Source: a plasmid
Length of the DNA stretch: 64,000 bases
Reading direction: 5' to 3' (one strand)
Sequence record: NZ_CP118944.1
Below the pieces are notes generated by a model that worked only from the letters and a program-made list of their open reading frames with translations, ran no database searches and was not told the DNA's origin. Positions within the stretch are counted from its first letter, which is position 1, and every line of letters starts with the position of its first letter. Shown one piece after another: positions 8,706 through 18,591 of this stretch. A program made the position numbers and the translations under genes.

Positions 8706-8743
8706 CTTAACGTGCTTTAATTTCCTAATGCTGAAGTAATCCC
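8706..8743 (-). repeat. Degenerate Tn21-type 38-bp IR (GGGATTACTTCAGCATTAGGAAATTAAAGCACGTTAAG), followed on its inner side by 45 bp also found at 41620-41664
   Basis: About 26/38 matches to Tn21 IRtnp; the inner half …AAAGCACGTTAAG is conserved. Confidence 0.4.
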
Positions 8744-8773
8744 TACAACGCCGCCAGCCTTGGAAAATAAATG

Positions 8774-8812
8774 GGGGTGTAAGCCGGAACCGCCGAAATT
8801 TCCGCCTAGCCT
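8774..8812 (+). repeat. Tn3-family 38-bp IR (GGGGGTGTAAGCCGGAACCGCCGAAATTTCCGCCTAGCC)
   Basis: Same IR family as 27704-27741 and 31554-31591; back to back with the degenerate IR at 8706-8743. Confidence 0.55.
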
Positions 8813-9067
8813 GAAAAACCAGCACTGGGGGGACCGCAAAACAGTTGAACATCGCCGTTCAACTGGATAGAACGTGCTGACAACTTGACTGTGTATGGAT
8901 AAATCGCAGCCATCTTGCCAGCCGGTCTATTATGGCTATACCGCCACCTGACGGGCATAACACTGATACGGCGCCTTCCCTGGCCATGAGCTTCGCCTGT
9001 CAGGTGATTGTTTGTCGGTGATCCTGGATAGGTGGCTGCTCAATTTAAGTTAAGTCGTTGTTACCGG

Positions 9068-9799
9068 TTACTGCAGAACCACCCGCCCATTTAGAGCTTG
9101 CACCGGCCTATTATTGGGAGTGTGCATCACAGCCTTGAAAGCATCGATTTGGGTTTGGCTCACCTCGACCGGTTGCTTCATCACCAACCAGCGCACCCCT
9201 TCCGAACAGGGCGGCGTGGTCAGAGAACCGCTGAAGCGGTAGTAGTCTCGGCGCTTGGGCAGCAGTTGTTCCGCAGAGATAGAGGAACTGAGAGGTTGGA
9301 TTTCGCCAACCTTGGCGGGTAACGCGCGGAAGGCCTCTGTCAGTGCCGTATTAGCCTTGCCAGCCTCATACATCACGGCCACTACCGCGATCTCTCCCTT
9401 GCTATTGACGTGTACCAGATGTCCTTCCAGCGGATAGGATTTCCCTTTGATGAGGTTTTCACTCGGAGCGTGGAAGTGGAATTGTTTAAGCTCAAAGCTG
9501 ATGCCATCGACTTGCAATGTGCTGCCCGGAGCATAACCGACCTGCACGGTATGACCATTGTTGACCACTGTTTTGCCGCCCGCCTGATAGTGAAGTACCA
9601 GCGGTACCAGTTTGGCATCAACCATCCCCATCAAATCGACCGGCGACTGGTTACTACCGGCGCACTGACCAAACTCTGGTGTCAGTTTGGCCCACTGTTC
9701 GGGGCCTGCATCACCTTGATAGGCCCAATGAGGTGCCGCCAGAATTGCTGAGGAAAACAGACAGCACAGCGAACTTGCTAATAATACTTTTTTCATCAT
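9068..9799 (-). CDS. Alpha-class carbonic anhydrase, secreted (signal peptide)
   Basis: N-terminal signal (MMKKVLLASSLCCLFSSAILA) and alpha-CA hallmarks HWAYQG…, …QFHFHAPSE…, …SLTTPPCSEGVRWLV…. Confidence 0.9.
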   Translation of the reverse strand: MMKKVLLASSLCCLFSSAILAAPHWAYQGDAGPEQWAKLTPEFGQCAGSNQSPVDLMGMVDAKLVPLVLHYQAGGKTVVNNGHTVQVGYAPGSTLQVDGISFELKQFHFHAPSENLIKGKSYPLEGHLVHVNSKGEIAVVAVMYEAGKANTALTEAFRALPAKVGEIQPLSSSISAEQLLPKRRDYYRFSGSLTTPPCSEGVRWLVMKQPVEVSQTQIDAFKAVMHTPNNRPVQALNGRVVLQ

Positions 9800-9845
9800 T
9801 TGTCCTTTCAGTCCGTATGAAAATATGAGACCTGATTATGCCATC

Positions 9846-10124
9846 TCAACGAGCTTCTCGGGTATGCCACAGCCGCAGAATGTAGATGCTCGAATCAAGG
9901 AGCTCGTAACGAACCTCGTATTCTCCAACCAACATCCTCCTCACCTCGCGGGGCTCGAATTGGAACAGTTGTTCTCCAATACGCGGGTTTGTTAGCAGAA
10001 TAGCTGGGGCCTGTGTCAGTGCCTGCACTACCCGAGCCGCGGCGGGTTTGTTAGCCAGAGCCAAAAATTCATACAAGCGTGTCAAATCAGAGAGCGCTTT
10101 GCTGGTCCACTTCAGTTCCATCAA
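9846..10124 (-). CDS. parE: ParE/RelE-superfamily toxin
   Basis: 92 aa, …VRRMLVGEYEVRYELLDSSIYILRLWHTRE… matches the ParE C-terminal signature; 4-bp overlap with the upstream antitoxin ORF. Confidence 0.75.
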   Translation of the reverse strand: MMELKWTSKALSDLTRLYEFLALANKPAAARVVQALTQAPAILLTNPRIGEQLFQFEPREVRRMLVGEYEVRYELLDSSIYILRLWHTREAR

Positions 10125-10390
10125 CGCGGAACCGACAGCGGCTGGTCAGTACTGAGGCTGTCAGCCCAAGCCTGCACCGCCAAGTGATCGATAACTCGAC
10201 CAGCTTCCACGTCTGCCAGCGCCTCTTGGGTCAGGCGATCACGATCCTCTTCCTGGGCGATCCATGCGGAAAGAGCCTGTTTCATGATCCAGCCCCGTGA
10301 GCGTTCAAGGCGGGCTGCCATCTGGTCAACTTTGTCGGCCATAGGTAGTGGTACGTGTGCAGTAAGCACCTTGGTTGTTGCTTGTGTCAT
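10121..10390 (-). CDS. Putative antitoxin (ParD/RHH-like) partner of the ParE toxin
   Basis: Small acidic protein just upstream, overlapping the toxin gene in a standard type II TA arrangement; start assumed at the internal Met (MTQATTKVL…). Confidence 0.55.
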   Translation of the reverse strand: MTQATTKVLTAHVPLPMADKVDQMAARLERSRGWIMKQALSAWIAQEEDRDRLTQEALADVEAGRVIDHLAVQAWADSLSTDQPLSVPR

Positions 10391-10402
10391 GTTGCTCTTC
10401 AT

Positions 10403-10613
10403 TCACTGACTCCAAATTATTTATCTTGATTCAAAGTTAATCATAGTGATTTGTTTAGAATCGCGCAAGAAGGTGTCAATTTGGGCTATACCCTAACCTG
10501 ATGTCAGATGCTGGGCGCAAACTACGTCAGAATAGAATTACAGTTTGCATTTATTGACACAAGCTGCCAAGGGTAATAGATTTCATCCTGACACTTTCAC
10601 CTTTGGAGGCATC
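10403..10613. promoter_or_regulatory. Putative res (resolution) site and promoter region of the Tn21-type module, between the TA pair and tnpR
   Basis: AT-rich intergenic region upstream of tnpR, as in Tn21/Tn501 res-tnpR-tnpA; subsites not individually mapped. Confidence 0.4.
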
Positions 10614-11171
10614 TTGCAAGGTCAACGCATTGGCTATGTCCGCGTCAGCAGCTTCGACCAGAACCCTGATCGGCAACTGGAGCAAATCGATGTCGGTAAG
10701 GTCTTCACCGATAAGGCTTCAGGCAAGGACACACAACGTCCCGAACTTGAAAGGCTGCTGGCCTTCGTCCGCGAGGGCGACACCGTGGTGGTGCATAGCA
10801 TGGACAGGTTGGCACGCAACCTTGATGACCTGCGCCGCATCGTCCAAGGGCTGACACAACGGGGCGTGCGCATGGAGTTCGTCAAAGAAGGGCTAACGTT
10901 CACCGGCGAGGACTCACCGATGGCCAATCTGATGCTGTCGGTCATGGGAGGCTTTGCTGAGTTCGAGCGCGCTCTGATCCGCGAACGTCAGCGCGAGGGA
11001 ATCGTGCTGGCTAAGCAGCGCGGGGCCTACCGGGGACGAAAGAAATCGCTGAACAGCGAACAAATTGCCGAGTTGAAACGGCGAGTTGCGGCAGGCGACC
11101 AGAAAACCTTGGTGGCCCGTGACTTCGGCATCAGCCGCGAAACCTTGTACCAGTACCTGCGGGAAGACTGA
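10614..11171 (+). CDS. tnpR: Tn21/Tn501-type resolvase TnpR (serine recombinase)
   Basis: [23 protein letters not shown]…[22 protein letters not shown]… is close to Tn21 TnpR (MTGQRIGYIRVSTFDQNPERQLE…). TTG start with GGAGG 6 nt upstream; the track's ATG at 10545 is less likely. Confidence 0.9.
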   Translation: MQGQRIGYVRVSSFDQNPDRQLEQIDVGKVFTDKASGKDTQRPELERLLAFVREGDTVVVHSMDRLARNLDDLRRIVQGLTQRGVRMEFVKEGLTFTGEDSPMANLMLSVMGGFAEFERALIRERQREGIVLAKQRGAYRGRKKSLNSEQIAELKRRVAAGDQKTLVARDFGISRETLYQYLRED

Positions 11172-14100
11172 CCATGCCACGCCGCTCAATCCTGTCCGCC
11201 ACCGAGCGCGAAAGTCTGCTGACACTGCCAGATGCCAAAGACGAACTGATACGGCACTACACGTTCAACGAAACCGACCTGTCGGTGATCCGTCAGCGTC
11301 GCGGCGCCGCGAATCGATTGGGCTTCGCCGTGCAGCTTTGCTACTTGCGATTCCCTGGCATCTTCTTGGGCGTCGATGATCCTCCATTTCCGCCCCTGCT
11401 GCGCATGGTGGCCGCACAACTCAAGGTGCCGGTGGAAAGCTGGAACCATTACGGCCAGCGCGAGCAGACACGGCGGGAGCACTTGGTCGAGCTGCAAACG
11501 GTGTTTGGATTCAAGCCCTTCACCATGAGCCAATACCGGCAAGCCGTCCATACATTGACCGAACTGGCCTTGCAGACCGACAAAGGCATTGTGCTGGCCA
11601 GCGCCCTTGTCGAAAACCTGCGGCGGCAGAGCATCATCCTGCCCGCCATGAATGCCATCGAGCGCGCGAGCGCCGAGGCCATCACCCGTGCCAACCGGCG
11701 AATTTACGCGGCGTTGACCGATTCTTTGTTGTCGCACCACCGTCAGCGCCTAGATGAACTTCTCAAGCGCAAGGACGGCAGCAAATTGACGTGGCTGGCA
11801 TGGCTGCGCCAGTCGCCCATCAAGCCGAACTCTCGGCATATGCTTGAACATATCGAGCGCCTCAAGGCTTGGCAGGCGCTTGACCTTCCCGCAGGCATCG
11901 AGCGACAAGTTCACCAGAACCGCCTGCTCAAGATCGCCCGAGAGGGCGGACAGATGACACCCGCCGACTTGGCCAAATTCGAGGTGCAACGACGCTATGC
12001 CACTCTGGTTTCGCTGGCCATTGAAGGCATAGCTACCGTCACCGACGAAATCATCGACCTGCACGACCGCATCATTGGCAAACTATTTAACGCCGCCAAA
12101 AACAAGCATCAGCAGCAGTTTCAGGCTTCCGGTAAGGCGATCAATGACAAGGTGCGGATGTATGGCCGCATCGGCCAAGCCTTGCTGGAAGCCAAACAGA
12201 GCGGCGGCGATCCGTTCGCCGCCATCGAGGCAGTAATGCCGTGGGATACCTTCGCAGCCAGCGTCACGGAGGCGCAAAAGCTCGCGCAACCGGAGAGTTT
12301 CGACTTTCTGCATCGCATCGGTGAAAGCTACGCTACGTTGCGCCGTTACGCGCCGCAGTTCCTGGACGTACTCAAGCTTCGGGCGGCGCCAGCCGCCAAG
12401 GGCGTACTCGATGCCATCGAGGTGCTTCGCGATATGAATAGCGACAACGCCCGCAAGGTGCCCGCCGACGCGCCTACCGTATTCATCAAACCGCGCTGGG
12501 CCAAATTGGTGCTCACGGACGATGGCATTGACCGGCGTTACTACGAGCTGTGCGCCCTGTCGGAGCTGAAGAACGCGCTGCGCTCAGGAGATGTCTGGGT
12601 GCAGGGTTCGCGGCAGTTCAAGGACTTCGATGAGTACCTAGTACCGGTCGAGAAATTCACCACCTTGAAGCTGGGCAACGAATTGCCGCTAGCAGTGGCC
12701 ACCGATTGCGATCAGTATTTGCACGGCCGACTGGCATTGCTGGAACTGCAGCTTGCCACCGTCAACCGCATGGCTGCGGCCAATGATCTGCCGGATGCCA
12801 TCATTACCGAGTCCGGCCTGAAGATCACGCCGCTGGACGCGGCAGTGCCGGAGACTGCACAAGCCATAATCGACCAGTCGGCGATGCTGCTGCCACACGT
12901 AAAAATTACCGAACTGCTGATGGAAGTTGATGAGTGGACAGGCTTCACCCGGCATTTCACGCACCTGAAGACCGGCGACACGGCCAAGGACAAAATCTTG
13001 CTGCTGACGACTATCCTGGCTGATGGCATCAATCTTGGACTCACCAAAATGGCTGAGTCCTGCCCTGGCACGACCTACGCCAAACTGTCGTGGCTGCAAG
13101 CTTGGCACATCCGGGATGAAACGTATTCGACGGCACTGGCCGAGCTGGTGAATGCGCAGTTTCGACAACCTTTCGCCGAAAACTGGGGCGATGGCACCAC
13201 ATCATCGTCAGATGGCCAGAATTTCAGAACTGGTAGCAAGGCCGAGAGCACGGGACACATCAACCCGAAATATGGCAGCAGCCCAGGACGGACTTTCTAC
13301 ACTCACATATCCGACCAATACGCGCCTTTCAGCGCCAAGGTGGTCAACGTCGGCTTGCGCGACTCGACCTATGTGCTCGATGGCCTGCTGTACCACGAGT
13401 CTGACTTGCGTATCGAGGAACACTACACCGACACAGCGGGCTTCACCGATCATGTGTTCGGCCTGATGCACTTTCTGGGATTCCGGTTCGCGCCGCGCAT
13501 CCGCGACCTGGGCGACACCAAGCTGTTCATTCCCAAGGGCGATACTGCCTACGATGCACTCAAGCCGATGATTAGCAGCGACAGGCTGAACATCAAGGCT
13601 ATTCGCGCTCATTGGGATGAAATCCTACGGCTGGCCACTTCGATCAAGCAGGGCACGGTGACGGCCTCGCTGATGCTGCGCAAGCTCGGCAGTTATCCGC
13701 GCCAAAACGGCTTGGCCGTCGCCCTGCGCGAGCTGGGGCGCATCGAGCGCACGCTGTTCATTCTGGATTGGCTGCAAAGCGTGGAGCTGCGCCGCCGCGT
13801 CCATGCGGGGCTGAATAAGGGCGAGGCGCGCAACGCGCTGGCCAGGGCCGTCTTTTTCTACCGATTGGGTGAAATCCGCGACCGCAGTTTTGAGCAGCAG
13901 CGCTACCGGGCCAGCGGCCTCAATCTGGTGACGGCGGCCATCGTGTTGTGGAACACGGTCTATCTGGAGCGTGCCACCAGTGCTTTGCGTGCCCACGGCA
14001 AGGCGCTGGACGACACGTTGCTGCAATATCTGTCACCGCTGGGGTGGGAGCATATCAACCTGACCGGCGATTACCTATGGCGCAGCAGTGCCAAGGTCGG

Positions 14101-14306
14101 TGTGCATATTCCCACGCATGGCGATCGCTCAATAACATTCATGCCGATCACGTAATAACATCCATGCCGATCACTCAATAACATCCCAAGCCGATCACTT
14201 TTTACCCTCGATGGGAAACCATGATCGGCATCCATGTTATTGGTGACTTTTTCTTCCCGCTTCGTTAAACCCGCACTTTCCCATCTGCTCCAACAGAGGA
14301 ACGTGC

Positions 14307-15872
14307 ATGTCTGCGAGGCCTATCACTGTGAGAAAACTCAAAGAAATTCTTCGCCTTAAATTTCAGGCTCAACTGGCTCATCGGCAGATCGCCCTCAGCC
14401 TGCATATCTCTCCTAGCACCGTATCCTATTACCTCAACCGGGCGGCTCAACTGGGTATCATGACCTGGCCCCTGTCTGAGTCCTGGGATGATGTCTCCCT
14501 GGAGCGCGCATTTCTCAAGACCTGCTCTGTTCATAAAACTCAGCACAAACCCACTCCCAACTGGGCCTTGTTGCATCAGGAACTCAAAAAACCAGGTCAA
14601 AAAGGCGTGACCCTCGAGCTGCTATGGCAGGAGTACGCCGAGCGCCATCCAGGCTCCCACTACAGCTACAACCACTTCTGTCGGCTCTATAAAGAGTGGG
14701 CGGCGCTGCTGCAACCCTCGATGCGGCAGACCCATATTGCGGGCGAAAAACTCTTTGTCGACTACTGCGGCCAGACCATGCCCATTGTCGATCCGCATAC
14801 CGGCGAGATCCTTTACCGGGCCCAGATCTTTGTCGCCGTGCTGGGGGCCTCCAACTACACCTTTGCCGAGGCCACCCGCTCCCAGCAGCTCGATGACTGG
14901 GTGATGAGCCACAAGCGCGCTTTCGAGTTCTTTGGCGGTGTGCCGCAATTGGTGGTACCTGATTGCCTCAAGAGTGCCGTCAGCGTGGCGCGCAATACCG
15001 ATCCGGATCTCAACCCTACCTACCAGATGCTGGCGGCCCATTTCGGTACGGCGATCATGCCCGCGCGGCCCCGCAAGCCGAAGGATAAGTCCAAGGCGGA
15101 GGTGGGCGTGCAGATCGTCACCCGCTGGATCCTGGCGGTGCTGCGTCATGAAACCTTCCATAGCCTGGCCCAGCTCAATCAGCGAATGGGTGAACTGCTG
15201 ACCCGGCTCAACCAGAAATCCTTCCAGAAGCTGCCTGGCTGCCGTGCCTCACTGTTTGCCGAGCTCGATGCACCGGCGCTCAAGCCGTTGCCGGATTATC
15301 CCTATCACTACACCAAAGTAGTGCCGGTGCTGGTTGGTAAGGACTACCACGTCGATCTGGAAAAGCACTATTACTCAGTGCCCTATGCCTTGCAGGGCAA
15401 GCGGCTGGAGGCGCATCTGGCCGAGCATACCGTCACGCTGTACCACGCGGGCAAGATCGTGGCCGAACACCAGCGGAGTCATCACAAAGGCCAGCACAGC
15501 AGCCTGCGTGAACACATGCCCGCGCATCATCAGGCACTGCTGGAGTGGTCGCCGGAGCGACTGCTTGGCTGGGCGGCGTCCATCGGCCCCTACACCACGC
15601 ATTGGGTGGATGGCTTTATCCGGCAGGCAGAGCATTCGACGCAAGCGGTGCGCCCTTGCCTGGCCTTGCTGGGGCAGAGCAAAACCTATGGCAAGGAGCG
15701 GCTGGAAGCGGCCTGCCTCCGGGGGCACCTGACCGGCGCCAACCGGCTGCACAACATCCGCAGCATGCTCAAGCATGGCCTGGAGGAGCAACAACTCATT
15801 GCCAACGAGCGACAGGATCCGCTGCAAGACATCCGTCATGACAATGTCCATGGCGAGCACTACTTCCACTAA
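14307..15872 (+). CDS. istA: IS21-family transposase IstA, 521 aa
   Basis: N-terminal HTH (MSARPITVRKLKEILRLK…) and DDE integrase core; homologous to the IstA proteins at 18592-20133 and 23288-24850. Confidence 0.9.
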   Translation: MSARPITVRKLKEILRLKFQAQLAHRQIALSLHISPSTVSYYLNRAAQLGIMTWPLSESWDDVSLERAFLKTCSVHKTQHKPTPNWALLHQELKKPGQKGVTLELLWQEYAERHPGSHYSYNHFCRLYKEWAALLQPSMRQTHIAGEKLFVDYCGQTMPIVDPHTGEILYRAQIFVAVLGASNYTFAEATRSQQLDDWVMSHKRAFEFFGGVPQLVVPDCLKSAVSVARNTDPDLNPTYQMLAAHFGTAIMPARPRKPKDKSKAEVGVQIVTRWILAVLRHETFHSLAQLNQRMGELLTRLNQKSFQKLPGCRASLFAELDAPALKPLPDYPYHYTKVVPVLVGKDYHVDLEKHYYSVPYALQGKRLEAHLAEHTVTLYHAGKIVAEHQRSHHKGQHSSLREHMPAHHQALLEWSPERLLGWAASIGPYTTHWVDGFIRQAEHSTQAVRPCLALLGQSKTYGKERLEAACLRGHLTGANRLHNIRSMLKHGLEEQQLIANERQDPLQDIRHDNVHGEHYFH

Positions 15873-15894
15873 CCCCACGGATCAGGAGAAGCCG

Positions 15895-16650
15895 ATGCAA
15901 TTACACCTCGATGAACAACTAAGCCGCCTGCACTTGAGCGGCATGAAACAGGCTCTGAACCAGCAGCAGGCCCAGAGCATGCTGTACCTGGATATGGGTT
16001 TTGAAGAGCGGCTGCAACTATTACTGAGCCATGAGCTGGTGCAGCGGGAGCAGAGGAAAACCAACCGCCTGGAGAAGCAAGCCCGGTTCCGGCTAGCCGG
16101 ACAGGTGGAGCAGCTCGACTATCGGGCGGGTCGAGGCGTGAGCAAAGCGCAGATCCGCCAACTGCTGGAAGGACACTGGCTGAGTCATCAACAAAACCTG
16201 CTGCTAACGGGCGCGGCAGGCTGTGGCAAGAGTTACCTGGCGTGTGCCCTGGGCCGTTACTTTATCCGGCAAGGAGTGGGCGTGCGGTATTACCGGCTGA
16301 AAACCCTACTTGAAGAGATGCGACTGGCCCAAGCGGATGGCAGCTATCCGAAACTGCTGGAGCGGGTAAGCAACATAGGGGTACTGATCCTGGATGACTG
16401 GGGCATGGAGATGCTGGACGCGAGCGAACGCAGCAACCTGCTGGAGATCATCGATACCCGCTACGGCAACGTCTCAACGATAGTGGCGAGCCAATTGCCG
16501 GTGGAGAAGTGGTACGGGATGATCGGAGAGGCAACCTTCGCCGAGGCGATCTTGGACCGACTGATCCACAGAGCGGTGCGCGTGACCTTAACGGGAGAAT
16601 CGATGAGAAAACAGGGCGCCAACTTGACCGATGCCGATCAGGCGGAGTAA
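15895..16650 (+). CDS. istB: IS21-family ATP-binding helper IstB
   Basis: Walker A LLLTGAAGCGKSYLACALG and Walker B VLILDDWG; start MQLHLDEQ… with AGGAGAA RBS. Confidence 0.9.
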   Translation: MQLHLDEQLSRLHLSGMKQALNQQQAQSMLYLDMGFEERLQLLLSHELVQREQRKTNRLEKQARFRLAGQVEQLDYRAGRGVSKAQIRQLLEGHWLSHQQNLLLTGAAGCGKSYLACALGRYFIRQGVGVRYYRLKTLLEEMRLAQADGSYPKLLERVSNIGVLILDDWGMEMLDASERSNLLEIIDTRYGNVSTIVASQLPVEKWYGMIGEATFAEAILDRLIHRAVRVTLTGESMRKQGANLTDADQAE

Positions 16651-16785
16651 AAGGAAGACGCTATAAACGCGGGCAGAAAAAAAGTGATCGGCATGATGTT
16701 ATTGGCTGATCGACATGATGTTATTAGCCACGGTGCGGGGAAGTTCAGGCCATTGCGACCGCTGCCACCGGCTTAGCGTGCTTTA

Positions 16786-18128
16786 TTTAATGAGATGGTC
16801 ACTCCCTCCTTCCCAGTACTATGCTGAGGACAGGCTTTCATTCGGAGAACCATCATGGAAAACATTGCGCTTATTGGTATCGATCTGGGTAAGAACTCTT
16901 TCCATATTCATTGTCAGGATCATCGTGGGAAGGCCGTTTACCGTAAAAAATTCACCCGACCAAAGCTAATCGAATTTCTGGCGACATGCCCGGCAACAAC
17001 CATCGCGATGGAAGCCTGTGGCGGTTCTCACTTTATGGCACGCAAGCTGGAAGAGTTAGGGCATTTTCCAAAGCTGATATCACCGCAATTTGTCCGCCCA
17101 TTCGTTAAAAGCAACAAAAATGACTTCGTTGATGCTGAAGCTATCTGTGAAGCAGCATCACGTCCATCTATGCGTTTCGTGCAGCCCAGAACCGAATCTC
17201 AGCAGGCAATGCGAGCTCTGCATCGTGTCCGTGAATCCCTGGTTCAGGATAAGGTGAAAACAACTAATCAGATGCATGCTTTTCTGCTGGAATTTGGTAT
17301 CAGCGTTCCGCGAGGTGCTGCCGTTATTAGTCGACTGAGTACCCTTCTTGAGGACAGTAGTTTGCCTCTTTATCTCAGCCAGTTACTGCTGAAATTACAA
17401 CAGCATTATCACTATCTTGTTGAGCAGATTAAAGATCTGGAATCTCAGTTGAAACGAAAGTTGGACGAAGATGAGGTTGGACAGCGCTTGCTGAGTATTC
17501 CCTGCGTTGGAACGCTGACTGCCAGTACTATTTCAACTGAGATTGGCGACGGGAAGCAGTACGCCAGCAGCCGTGACTTTGCGGCGGCAACAGGGCTGGT
17601 ACCCCGACAGTACAGCACGGGAGGTCGGACGACATTGTTAGGGATTAGCAAGCGGGGCAACAAAAAGATCCGAACTTTGTTGGTTCAGTGTGCCAGGGTA
17701 TTCATACAAAAACTGGAACACCAGTCTGGCAAGTTGGCCGACTGGGTCAGGGAGTTGTTGTGTCGGAAAAGCAACTTTGTCGTCACCTGTGCTCTGGCAA
17801 ACAAGCTGGCCAGAATAGCCTGGGCACTGACGGCGCGACAGCAAACTTACGAAGCATAAAGGCAGAAATACACCAGTTTAAACAATCATTCATCTGGTTT
17901 TGCGAATACTGATATTGATGATACTAACGGCCCACCGGCCTGTTGAGGAACCTGTAAAACGGAAAGGCTCATTGAAGCCGTATATTTTCTGGAGGTTCAT
18001 CAGGCGCGGAACTCATCGAGGCGCGGGAATAAAATCCCATTCAGACGCCGGATAGATTCAAGCAAGCCAACTTGTCGTCAAAATCGGTGTTGCAAAAACG
18101 GGAGTGACCATAGATTCCGTTTTCTGAG
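16786..18128 (+). mobile_element. IS110-family element of the IS5075/IS4321 type, copy 2, inserted in the IRtnp-type right IR of the Tn21-type transposon
   Basis: Identical to copy 1; flanks CTTAGCGTGCTTTAT[IS]…CCGTTTTCTGA|GACGACCCC reconstitute the reverse complement of GGGGTCGTCTCAGAAAACGGAAAATAAAGCACGCTAAG. Confidence 0.85.
16855..17859 (+). CDS. IS110-family transposase, identical to 4744-5748
   Basis: 100% identical 334-aa ORF. Confidence 0.9.
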   Translation: MENIALIGIDLGKNSFHIHCQDHRGKAVYRKKFTRPKLIEFLATCPATTIAMEACGGSHFMARKLEELGHFPKLISPQFVRPFVKSNKNDFVDAEAICEAASRPSMRFVQPRTESQQAMRALHRVRESLVQDKVKTTNQMHAFLLEFGISVPRGAAVISRLSTLLEDSSLPLYLSQLLLKLQQHYHYLVEQIKDLESQLKRKLDEDEVGQRLLSIPCVGTLTASTISTEIGDGKQYASSRDFAAATGLVPRQYSTGGRTTLLGISKRGNKKIRTLLVQCARVFIQKLEHQSGKLADWVRELLCRKSNFVVTCALANKLARIAWALTARQQTYEA

Positions 18129-18140
18129 ACGACCCCTACC

Positions 18141-18577
18141 TTGGCCTGGCTCAGTTCAAGCAGCAGACGTGGCAGCCGGTAGTAACGAGTGCTATGCCCT
18201 TGCTGACAGGCTTGGTAGCCCAGCGCACAAGCCAAGTAGGTTTTTCCACAGCCACAGGGGCCGGTAATGAGCAGGTTCTGGCCCCGGCGCAGCCACTCTC
18301 CTTGGGCCAGGTTTGCTACCTGTGACCGCTCCAGGTTGCGTGCTGACTGGTAGTCCAGCTCCTGCACCGTGGCCTGGAGTTTGAGCCTTGCCTGCTTGAC
18401 CAGCCGAGCTTGCTTACGCTGCTCCCGGCTCAGTTGTTCGTGTTCGACCAGCAGGCTTAGCCGCTCGATGAAGGGCAGTCCTTCGTAGGTACTCGCCTGT
18501 TCCAGTTGTTGTTGCACGGCATCCGCCATGCCGGTCAGTTTCAGGTTTCTCAGGCGGGTCAGGGTTTGTTGGGTCAT
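18141..18577 (-). pseudogene. istB: istB of IS21-B, 3'-truncated: ends …YRLPRLLLELSQAK at the outer GGGG of the Tn21-type IR
   Basis: 146 codons with Walker A LLITGPCGCGKTYLACALG, then reads straight into IR and IS5075 sequence; Walker B region absent. Confidence 0.75.
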
Positions 18578-18591
18578 GGGGCGTATCCTAT

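Larger units (their letters stand above)
14103..16730 (+). mobile_element. IS21-family insertion sequence A (2628 bp), inserted in tnpA with a 5-bp direct repeat CGGTG
   Basis: istA+istB operon; multiple terminal repeats of the TGATCGGCATG(A/G)ATGTTATT type at both ends; near-identical to element C (22427-25053); boundaries +/-2 bp. Confidence 0.8.
11174..16776 (+). pseudogene. tnpA: Tn21-type transposase tnpA interrupted by IS21: 5' part 11174-14102, 3' end 16731-16776 with stop inside the IR
   Basis: About 980 codons of Tn21-like TnpA ending …LWRSSAKVG | AGKFRPLRPLPPA* across the IS insertion (Tn21 TnpA ends …AGKFRPLRPLQPA). The 993-aa track ORF reads through into the IS end. Confidence 0.85.
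4467..18137 (+). mobile_element. Tn21-subgroup (Tn3-family) transposon, defective. IRmer-type left IR and IRtnp-type right IR are each split by an IS5075-like element; tnpA is split by IS21
   Basis: Left IR GGGGTCACTTCAGAAAACGG[IS]AAAAATCGTACGGTAAG and right IR (reverse complement) GGGGTCGTCTCAGAAAACGG[IS]AAATAAAGCACGCTAAG, the inner halves resembling Tn21 IRmer and IRtnp respectively. Interior ends with res-tnpR-tnpA in Tn21 order. No 5-bp TSD (TGTCT vs TACCT). Confidence 0.7.

Noticed and set aside
8610-8852. 80-aa minus-strand ORF spanning the degenerate IR, the shared 45-bp repeat and the 8774 IR
   Set aside because: Runs through two transposon IRs; a coding role is implausible.
11186-14026. 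Several long minus-strand ORFs (for example 11186-11740, 12689-13168, 13208-13612, 13625-14026) inside the Tn21-type tnpA
   Set aside because: Antisense ORFs in a high-GC gene whose plus-strand product has strong full-length Tn21 TnpA homology; Gly/Arg/Gln-rich low-complexity translations.
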